Source of the DNA: Pseudomonadota bacterium
GTDB taxonomy: Bacteria; Pseudomonadota; Gammaproteobacteria; Thiotrichales; Thiotrichaceae
Length of the DNA stretch: 64,000 nucleotides
Assembly (NCBI GenBank): GCA_046051185.1
Contig: JBJOOT010000002.1
Location: 252 to 64,251, forward strand
Direction: 5' to 3'
The position numbers were made by a program, and so were the translations under genes. How positions within the stretch are numbered: position 1 is the stretch's first letter; each line of letters opens with the position of its first letter. The notes beneath the pieces were generated by a model. That model made no database searches. It saw only the letters and a list, made by a program, of their open reading frames with translations, and was not told the DNA's origin. Of this stretch, positions 61,478-64,000 are shown in pieces.

Positions 61478-62410
61478 ATGGCGAGCTCTTTTATTGATAA
61501 AGATTTAAAAAGAAAGTTTAGTTTGTTGGTCTACGCGAGCACTTTGATGGTAATGGCCAATTTGACAGGTTGCTCCACGAATACAGTAGATACCAGCGTC
61601 GAACCGGCCAGTCCGCAAAAATTAGCAACGAATGAGCAAAAAACATCAATTAAAATTATTCAAAGAAATAATGCTCAAAATAATGTGCAGCGCGGTAAAG
61701 ATAAACATCAGTTAGAATATGAGCAAAAACAACGTTGGTATCATCAACAATGGGAATTGACTCAGCAGATTAATCAACAAAGGCAAAGAGCTCAAGCTCA
61801 AGCCGCTTGGCAAGTACAACGTTCTCAGCGTGTTGTGAATGCTGATTATTCTGAGCGTCTTGCACAAGCAGCCATAGATCGCTTGCGCTATCGGGTTAAT
61901 TACAATGGCGCTTATATTCCGATTGCTTATCCCAATGGCGATGTCCCATCGAATATTGGGGTTTGTACCGATACAGTGATCCGTTCTTATCGGCGCTTAG
62001 GTGTCGATTTGCAGCGCTTAGTACATGAAGATATTTCGCGTGCTTTTTATTCTTATCCAAATCTTCCCAAATGGGGTTTGCAAGGGCCGGATACCAATAT
62101 TGATCATCGACGTGTCCATAATTTAAAAGTCTTCTTTACTCGTCATGGTCAGCGTTTACCCGTAACAGGTAATCCAAGTGATTATCGTCCGGGCGATTTG
62201 GTGACATGGAGCTTAGGCGGTGATCAAGAGCATATTGGTATTGTCGTTGATCAACGCTCAGTAGTTGACCCACGCCGTTTTATGATTGTGCATAATATTG
62301 GCGAAGGGGAGAAAATGGAGGATATTCTCTTTAAGATGCCAATTACAGGGCATTATCGCTATTTCCCCGGTTCACGTCGCCCACAGCTGACTTACGCACA
62401 ACAGTATTAA
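61478..62410 (+). CDS. DUF1287 (YijF-like) lipoprotein with Gln-rich N-terminal extension
   Basis: GGAG RBS before ATG 61478; lipobox LTG-C; YPNGDVP..GVCTD, DTNIDHRRV.NL, PGDLV, HIGIV, HNIG. Confidence 0.82.
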   Translation: MASSFIDKDLKRKFSLLVYASTLMVMANLTGCSTNTVDTSVEPASPQKLATNEQKTSIKIIQRNNAQNNVQRGKDKHQLEYEQKQRWYHQQWELTQQINQQRQRAQAQAAWQVQRSQRVVNADYSERLAQAAIDRLRYRVNYNGAYIPIAYPNGDVPSNIGVCTDTVIRSYRRLGVDLQRLVHEDISRAFYSYPNLPKWGLQGPDTNIDHRRVHNLKVFFTRHGQRLPVTGNPSDYRPGDLVTWSLGGDQEHIGIVVDQRSVVDPRRFMIVHNIGEGEKMEDILFKMPITGHYRYFPGSRRPQLTYAQQY

Positions 62411-62484
62411 GTGTCTTAATGGCTTTTTAGTTAAACCTCAAGCAAGCTTGGGGTTTAGTGATCGGTTTATTTGTCAATACCCTC

Positions 62485-62512
62485 TTCACATTTCTCAAAA
62501 AAACCGTACAAT
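62485..62512 (+). promoter_or_regulatory. Putative rpsP operon promoter
   Basis: TTCACA-16 bp-TACAAT followed by GC-rich discriminator tgcgcg. Confidence 0.55.
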
Positions 62513-62576
62513 TGCGCGTTTACTTTTGGCATAGCTTTGCCAAGGGTTATTTGAATTTAACTAAGGTTTTGGATTT

Positions 62577-62828
62577 ATGGTCAATATTCGTCTGGCTCGT
62601 GGTGGTTCTAAAAAGAATCCATTCTATAGCATCGTAGTCACTGATAAGCGCAAGCCGCGTGACAGTGGTTATATTGAGCGTGTCGGCTTCTTCAACCCAG
62701 TCGCTCGTGGTCAAGAAATCCGCTTACATCTTGAGCAAGAGCGCGTGCAATATTGGTTATCTAAAGGTGCTCAACCCAGTGACCGTGTTGCAAAGTTATT
62801 GAGCGAGTCTGCTAAAGCAGCTGCTTAA
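62577..62828 (+). CDS. rpsP: 30S ribosomal protein S16
   Basis: [34 protein letters not shown]. Confidence 0.98.
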   Translation: MVNIRLARGGSKKNPFYSIVVTDKRKPRDSGYIERVGFFNPVARGQEIRLHLEQERVQYWLSKGAQPSDRVAKLLSESAKAAA

Positions 62829-62838
62829 TTAGATTAGT

Positions 62839-63357
62839 TTGATGCAAGCTCAGCCAGATTCCATGATTGTACTCGGTAAAATTACCGGTGCTTTTGGGGT
62901 TAAAGGTTGGGTAAAGATCCATTCTTATACTGCAAAAATGGCGGATATTTTTAATTATCAGCCCTTATATTTGAGTATTAATAAAGAATGGAAAGTAGTT
63001 AAGCTAGTTAGCTATCAAGTACAAGCGAAAGGCTTAGTGGCTCAATTTGAGTCTATACAAGATCGTGACCTTGCTCTAAAGCTTGCGGGTACAGAAATTG
63101 CGGTATCACGTAGTCAGTTGCCAAGCTTAGAGGCGGGTGAGTATTACTGGTCGGACCTTGAAGGTTTAACAGTAGTTACTATAAACGGTGTGGTATTAGG
63201 TCAAGTTGATCATTTACTGGAAACCGGTGCTAATGATGTTTTGGTGGTAAAACATGCCACAGGTGAGCATTGGTTGCCTTGGGTCATGGATAAAGTCATT
63301 CAGCGGGTTGATTTAACCACGGGTTTGATTGAAGTCGATTGGGATCCTGATTTTTGA
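62839..63357 (+). CDS. rimM: Ribosome maturation factor RimM; start may be ATG 62842
   Basis: [38 protein letters not shown]. Confidence 0.96.
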   Translation: MMQAQPDSMIVLGKITGAFGVKGWVKIHSYTAKMADIFNYQPLYLSINKEWKVVKLVSYQVQAKGLVAQFESIQDRDLALKLAGTEIAVSRSQLPSLEAGEYYWSDLEGLTVVTINGVVLGQVDHLLETGANDVLVVKHATGEHWLPWVMDKVIQRVDLTTGLIEVDWDPDF

Positions 63358-63364
63358 GCTTAAC

Positions 63365-64000
63365 ATGCAGTTTGCAGTACTGACCTTATTTCCCGAGTTG
63401 GTACAGGCGGTAGCACAACATGGCATTATCCGCCGTGCTGTGGAGCAGCAAGCTATTAGTCTTGCTTGTTATAATCTGCGTGATTATACAACCGATATTC
63501 ATCGTACCGTTGATGACCGTCCTTATGGTGGTGGTCCGGGCATGGTGATGAAGCCTGACTGTTTATTGCGAAGCATTCGTGATGTTCGGCAGCAGCATGC
63601 AGGTCGGCTTATTTATCTAAGCCCACAAGGTTCGCCTTTAACGCAAGCTAAAGTGCAAGCATTTGCACAAGAGTCTGGGTTAATTTTATTGTGTGGACGT
63701 TATGAAGGTATTGATGAACGCATTATTCAGCTTGAAGTCGATGAAGAATGCTCTATCGGTGACTATGTACTGAGTGGTGGTGAATTAGCGGCGATGGTAT
63801 TGATTGATAGTATCACCCGTTTATTACCCGGAGTACTTGGGCATGAAGATTCTGCTGAGCAAGATTCATTCGCAGAAGGTTTGTTAGATTGTCCACATTA
63901 TACGCGCCCTGAGTCGATTGCAGGTTTAGAAGTACCTGCGATTCTTAAAAGTGGCAACCATGCCGTGATTGCTCGCTGGCGTAAAAAGCAAATGTTAGGC
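63365..64000 (+). CDS. trmD: tRNA (m1G37) methyltransferase TrmD, 3'-truncated by the window edge
   Basis: Manual translation: [11 protein letters not shown]...[13 protein letters not shown]...YLSPQG...[10 protein letters not shown]...[11 protein letters not shown]...HYTRP. Confidence 0.96.
   Translation, partial: MQFAVLTLFPELVQAVAQHGIIRRAVEQQAISLACYNLRDYTTDIHRTVDDRPYGGGPGMVMKPDCLLRSIRDVRQQHAGRLIYLSPQGSPLTQAKVQAFAQESGLILLCGRYEGIDERIIQLEVDEECSIGDYVLSGGELAAMVLIDSITRLLPGVLGHEDSAEQDSFAEGLLDCPHYTRPESIAGLEVPAILKSGNHAVIARWRKKQMLG

Noticed and set aside
57077-62460. Mobile genomic island or prophage
   Set aside because: No integrase, transposase, att-like repeats, tRNA or phage genes; codon usage looks native.

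Overview
Core chromosomal region of a gammaproteobacterium with moderate GC. Gene content and style suggest a filamentous sulfur bacterium of the Thiotrichaceae, but that is inference only. Housekeeping content: fabI; a peptide ABC transporter; ftsYEX-rsmD; desA; a BaeSR-like system with a Spy-like gene; rpsF-rpsR-DUF2232-rplI-dnaB; exosortase H and its partner; RNase P RNA; the dcw cluster (mraZ to lpxC); DUF721-M23-secA-argJ-mutT; radA-corB-ypjD-ffh; and rpsP-rimM-trmD. No mobile elements, tRNA, rRNA or CRISPR arrays were found. The most unusual element is a ~5.4 kb block inserted between ffh and rpsP (57.1-62.5 kb). It encodes four paralogous small Pro-rich lipoproteins that all end in the same 26-residue motif. 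Two of them carry tandem His6/Cys2 (HxH x3) repeats. They are interleaved with two exported proteins bearing papain/NlpC-P60-like Cys-His signatures, which makes the block a candidate uncharacterised cell-envelope or surface-polymer system. Other oddities: a sulfur-globule-like Trp/Ser/Gly repeat protein, three intact but catalytically degenerate enzymes (DEAD-box helicase, M28 peptidase, receiver-Ser/Thr kinase), insertions in FtsI and the OppB-type permease, and a (TCAAC)n microsatellite. All calls are from reading the sequence; no searches were run.
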